Shown here: positions 60,031-64,000 of the stretch, piece after piece | Position numbering within the stretch: position 1 is the first letter of the stretch | Layout: each line of letters opens with the position of its first letter | Source of the DNA: Candidatus Sericytochromatia bacterium | Lineage (GTDB): Bacteria > Cyanobacteriota > Sericytochromatia > S15B-MN24 > JAQBPE01 | DNA length: 64,000 bases | Assembly: GCA_040400605.1 (NCBI GenBank) | Contig: JBBAPZ010000002.1 | Span: forward strand, 1 to 64,000 | Direction of reading: 5' to 3' | Translations under genes and position numbers: made by a program | Notes under the pieces: generated by a model | The model's database searches: none | What the model was told of the DNA's origin: nothing | What the model saw: only the letters and a program-made list of their open reading frames with translations

Positions 60031-61482
60031 TCAACCCATCACGATTTCGCCATTTAGCTCTGACAAACGCTGAATCGGGTTGAAGACGTCAATGTGTTGG
60101 AACGCGTGCTCAAAATAGACGTGCAAACCCGGAAACAGCCCATCTCGTGAGTACACAAATGGCGATCGCCCAATATGGGTGGGGTTTTCCAGACGTTCGG
60201 TCAGTTCGTTTTTTAAGTCGGTCAGACGCAGTTCGAGGAAATCCAACAATTCACGCGTTTTTTCCACCCGCTCTTTGGGCGCGTTCGGATCACGCTGCAA
60301 CGCTTGGTAATTTTCTGACACACTGTTGCGCTGCTTGGTATGATTGTCAATCGCACGCTCAAGCTGCTGTATGACCTTGCTCTGCGACTGATGTCGCAAG
60401 TCGACATGGGTCATCGTGCCTGAAGGCGTTCCGATTTGCTCGGCGGTGACGCTTTCGCCGGCTTGGGCATAGCCGCCGATCAGCTTTTTACCAACCTTGA
60501 TCGCCAAACCCGCCGTCAGATTGGCATGCATGGCCGACTCCGCCACAATCAAATTCGACCATGTCGTGATCGTTGATGAAGAATCGACGAATCGTACGGT
60601 GATCTCGCCACGCGCACTCAACGATGCATTGCGCCTGACCCCCCCCCGGCACGTGATCTTGCCCCCCGCCTCTAAAGTCGCGCCTTCCACCGTACCGAAC
60701 ACCTCAATATCTTGAGTGGCTTTCACAACAAATCCCGCCAATACATCAGCGCCGATTTTGACCGAGCCTTGAAAATCAATGTTTCCCTGAGAGTAATCGA
60801 CGTTTTTGGGCACCGTAATGAGTGGGAGCATTGACACCCGCCCAGAATCGATGAGCGGCTGCCCATCGATTCCAGCCACGATGTGCAACCCATCGTCTGT
60901 TAAAATCGTATTGAGTCCGTTGCGCAAGTTTACATCTTTGCCCGGTTTGGGGGGGATTACGACACCCCGAACCGTGCGACCTGGACTCCCTTGGGTAGGC
61001 GGGATTTTTGTAACAAGGATTTTACCCTTTTCGATATTTTCAATGATTCCTAATTCTCGGTGATTAACGCGGCCGTCTTCCAGTTCCAATGGTTGCCCTT
61101 GTTTCCGTGCATCTGCTCGAAAAAAATAACGAACACTTGCGTCACTGCCGTGCTCAACTGGAATCCCAACCGCTACCATCACCGGTTCCTCACCTGGTTT
61201 AGCAGCCACTTCCAAAATGGCCGCCTCATTGATCCCAAAAACAATACCCTCCGCAGACAACGCCTTACGCACCAAGTCAGGCAAAACCGGTACGGGCGGC
61301 ATCACCAAGGCGCTCGCGTAAAAATCGTCTTCATCGAGAATAACCTTAACGACAACTGTAAGCTTTGCTAACGCCGCAGCCTCTGCCGCAGCCTCAGCTG
61401 CGAGACGTACTGCATCTGCACTACGCTGTGCTTCATCATCGTTGGATGTCAAAATCGTGTCGTCCGGCAAGCGATCGTCCAT
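60031..61482 (-). CDS. fapA: Flagellar assembly protein FapA (DUF342)
   Basis: GIVFGINE, DGRVNHREL, VDYSQGNIDFQGSV motifs. Confidence 0.88.
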   Translation of the reverse strand: MDDRLPDDTILTSNDDEAQRSADAVRLAAEAAAEAAALAKLTVVVKVILDEDDFYASALVMPPVPVLPDLVRKALSAEGIVFGINEAAILEVAAKPGEEPVMVAVGIPVEHGSDASVRYFFRADARKQGQPLELEDGRVNHRELGIIENIEKGKILVTKIPPTQGSPGRTVRGVVIPPKPGKDVNLRNGLNTILTDDGLHIVAGIDGQPLIDSGRVSMLPLITVPKNVDYSQGNIDFQGSVKIGADVLAGFVVKATQDIEVFGTVEGATLEAGGKITCRGGVRRNASLSARGEITVRFVDSSSTITTWSNLIVAESAMHANLTAGLAIKVGKKLIGGYAQAGESVTAEQIGTPSGTMTHVDLRHQSQSKVIQQLERAIDNHTKQRNSVSENYQALQRDPNAPKERVEKTRELLDFLELRLTDLKNELTERLENPTHIGRSPFVYSRDGLFPGLHVYFEHAFQHIDVFNPIQRLSELNGEIVMG

Positions 61483-61720
61483 GACCCCTTCCCTTTCCAA
61501 TCAGGCCCCACAAGCACGACGTCAGCCATCGATTTCTCTTCGGCAAATGTATCGCGCAGCAGTAAATTCGAACGTCACAAGGGTAACCCAAAAGACTTCT
61601 GAAGATCAAGGGAGCCAGCCATTCAGTGATCGGATTTTGAGCGATAGAGCTCTGAATCAGAACCACGGTCCAGACGGCCATTTCAATCTTCGTTCGCGTC
61701 ACCACGCGTTCAAAAGCTGC

Positions 61721-63421
61721 TCACGCCTGCGCTGAGGCACCTTCTTCCGTTAACGACGCCATGCGCAAAGGCGCCGTCACCCCCAACAAATCAACCAACA
61801 CATGCCGCAAAATTTCACGGGTGGCCGCAATCAACCCCAACCGGGCCTGCGTGACCACGCGATCGTCCGTCAAGACACGACAATGCGCATAAAACTGATG
61901 AAACAGACTGGCTAATTCTTGCGCATAACGGGCCAGGCGATAAGGTTCAAGCGCCTTGGCCGCTGCAACCACCTCATCCGAATATGACGCCAGTTTCAAC
62001 AGCAATTGACGCTCGCTAGGATGGATGAAAACTGTTTCGGATGTTTCACCCACTTCCGGCGACAGCCCCTGCTCATCCGCCACACGGATGATCGAACAGA
62101 TGCGCGCGTGTGCGTATTGAACATAAAACACCGGGTTGTCAGCACTCTCGCGTTTTGCCAATGCCAGATCGAAGTCCAGCGTCGAATCAGTCGAACGCAT
62201 CACCAGGAAATAGCGCGCCGCATCCGTACCGACTTCATCCACCACTTCCTGCGCGGTGACCATATCACCGGTACGCTTGGACATCCGCACCGGCTCGCCA
62301 TCCCGAAACAGATTAACCATTTGACCGATGACAACCGCCAATGTGTCGTCTTGGCCTCCGAGTGCCTGTACCGCCGCGCGAATGCGTGCGACGTAACCGT
62401 GGTGATCGGCACCCAGTATATCAATCAGTCGATCATAACCCCGCCGCAACTTGTCCCAATGATACGCGATGTCCGCCGCCAGATACGTGGGTTGACCGTT
62501 TTCACGCACAACTACACGATCCTTGTCATCGCCATACGCCGTCGAACGCAACCACCAGGCACCCTCATGCTCATACAGGTGCCCCGTCTGCTTCAAGCGT
62601 GCAATGGCCTCACTCACCCGATCTTGTTCGTGCAACGTCGTCTCGCTGTAAAACACATCAAAATGCGTGTTCAGTGCCAGCAACGTGCGCTTTTGCAGTT
62701 CAAGCAAATAGTCGCGCGCAAACCCGGTCAAGGTCGCAACGCGCGCTTCAACTGGTAAACCCACGAACGAGGCGTCAAGGTGTTCGCGCGCCGCCTGCGC
62801 AACCTCACGGATGTACGCCCCCTGATAGCCATCCTCAGGCATCTTTGAGGCCCGTCCGGCTAACTCCTGCATCCGTGCATCCACAGAGGCGCCCAGCAAG
62901 CGCATCTGATTACCGGCATCATTGATATAAAACTCCTGATGGGTTTCAAAACCCACCGCTTGCAACAGGCTTGCCAAGGTGGAGCCGATCACCGCCCAAC
63001 GTGCGTGGCCCACGTGGAGGGGACCAGTCGGATTGGCTGATACATATTCGAGCAGCACACGCTGTCCCTGGCCAAAAGGCTGAATCCCCGCTGCGCCGCC
63101 TTGTTGAAGTATCGTCCGCGCGCACTCGGCCAAGCGGTTCGTTGCCACCCGTACATTGATGAATCCCGGCGCCGCGATGCTAACTGAGCCGATCGTGTCA
63201 TCCTTGGCAAGATGCCGCACGATGGTCTCGGCGATTTTGAGGGGCGGCATCCGCAAAGGCTTGGCCAACACCATGGCGAGGTTGGTGGCATAGTCACCGT
63301 GGTCAGGGTCACGTGGCGTCTCAACGCCCACTTCCGGAACGGTTTCCAAGGTTAACTCGCCTGCGGCGCTGGCACGGGTCAGGGCATCCTTGAGTGCATC
63401 GGCGATGGCTTGCTTGAGCAT
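61721..63421 (-). CDS. argS: Arginine--tRNA ligase
   Basis: HGDYATN, SANPTGPLHVGH, GADHHGY, MSKRTG and YVQYAHAR motifs. Confidence 0.98.
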   Translation of the reverse strand: MLKQAIADALKDALTRASAAGELTLETVPEVGVETPRDPDHGDYATNLAMVLAKPLRMPPLKIAETIVRHLAKDDTIGSVSIAAPGFINVRVATNRLAECARTILQQGGAAGIQPFGQGQRVLLEYVSANPTGPLHVGHARWAVIGSTLASLLQAVGFETHQEFYINDAGNQMRLLGASVDARMQELAGRASKMPEDGYQGAYIREVAQAAREHLDASFVGLPVEARVATLTGFARDYLLELQKRTLLALNTHFDVFYSETTLHEQDRVSEAIARLKQTGHLYEHEGAWWLRSTAYGDDKDRVVVRENGQPTYLAADIAYHWDKLRRGYDRLIDILGADHHGYVARIRAAVQALGGQDDTLAVVIGQMVNLFRDGEPVRMSKRTGDMVTAQEVVDEVGTDAARYFLVMRSTDSTLDFDLALAKRESADNPVFYVQYAHARICSIIRVADEQGLSPEVGETSETVFIHPSERQLLLKLASYSDEVVAAAKALEPYRLARYAQELASLFHQFYAHCRVLTDDRVVTQARLGLIAATREILRHVLVDLLGVTAPLRMASLTEEGASAQA

Positions 63422-63435
63422 GGGTGATGGTTCCT

Positions 63436-63900
63436 TTACAGTTCGAGCGCTTCACACGCGCCATGCGACACAGGTCGCCAAGACAAAGTCAACGTGAATT
63501 GGCCGAGGCTTTCGTCCGGAGCGATCGGGTTTGTTGTCTCCGTTGGGGTTGTCCATAGTTCATAGCACAATTTGATGACGCCGTCCGTCAGGTGTCGGTC
63601 GATGCGCAAGTCGCTCGTGTGGACACGCAACACCAGGTCGTTGCCACCCAGGCCCAAAAGGCCACCAGTCCATTGGCCACCCACGAAGTCCTGCCAGCCG
63701 TTGACGAGGCCGCGACGATGGACTCGCACGGCGTGATCATCAATGCGCACCGTGGTGGTGGTTTGTTCTTCCTCGTAGCGCAGATACCAGGCGCCGTCGC
63801 GATCATACAATTCGCCACGACGCGTGTGGCGGGCATCGACGCGCTCATTTCCGTCAGTTTGGGTGCTGACGATCGTCAGCAAAACAGTCTGCTTGTTCAC
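63436..63900 (-). CDS. DUF1934 (YwiB-like) protein
   Basis: [28 protein letters not shown]; adjacent to argS as in Firmicutes. Confidence 0.75.
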   Translation of the reverse strand: MNKQTVLLTIVSTQTDGNERVDARHTRRGELYDRDGAWYLRYEEEQTTTTVRIDDHAVRVHRRGLVNGWQDFVGGQWTGGLLGLGGNDLVLRVHTSDLRIDRHLTDGVIKLCYELWTTPTETTNPIAPDESLGQFTLTLSWRPVSHGACEALEL

Positions 63901-64000
63901 TTGTGATACGGCTCGTTTCGTCGGATCCGTTCGCAGCGATACAACTGCTCCAGCAAAAACAGGCGCGCGAACTGATGGGGCAAAGTCAGGCGCGACAGGC
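63897..64000 (-). CDS. rlmH: 23S rRNA m3Psi1915 methyltransferase RlmH, 3' end only
   Basis: Manual translation [33 protein letters not shown]. Confidence 0.9.
   Translation of the reverse strand, partial: LSRLTLPHQFARLFLLEQLYRCERIRRNEPYHK

Overview
A 64-kb, moderately GC-rich bacterial chromosome segment with no rRNA, tRNA, CRISPR array or mobile element that I could recognise. It combines housekeeping genes (mrp, holA, uppS, cdaA, lysA, ribH, hslO, rpmB, coaX, lexA, argS, partial rlmH) with two surface-appendage loci. The first is a rearranged flagellar-type cluster (fliJ and a fliK-like gene, then flagellin, flhA, fliF, fliE, flgCB, fliA-like sigma, flgJ-N, flgIHA, flgGF, FlhB-C-like, FliK-like; fapA lies further on). 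The second is a complete Tad/Flp pilus locus with three pilins. Cyanobacteria-like lysA-cdaA-uppS order plus outer-membrane rings and flagellar genes suggests a non-photosynthetic Cyanobacteriota relative such as Sericytochromatia (inference only). Most notable observations: FliF carries a fused FliG middle domain and runs straight into flhA with no fliG/H/I, which raises the possibility of a motor-less flagellum-derived export machine; CpaE is fused to CpaF; there are three apparent pseudo-enzymes (ATP-cone NrdD, GGDEF protein with an intact I-site, alpha/beta hydrolase); CdaR is reduced to its transmembrane segment; CtrA-like TTAA-N7-TTAA boxes recur in promoters; and lexA has a Gram-positive-type SOS box. 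All family calls are by-eye motif recognition, not database searches.
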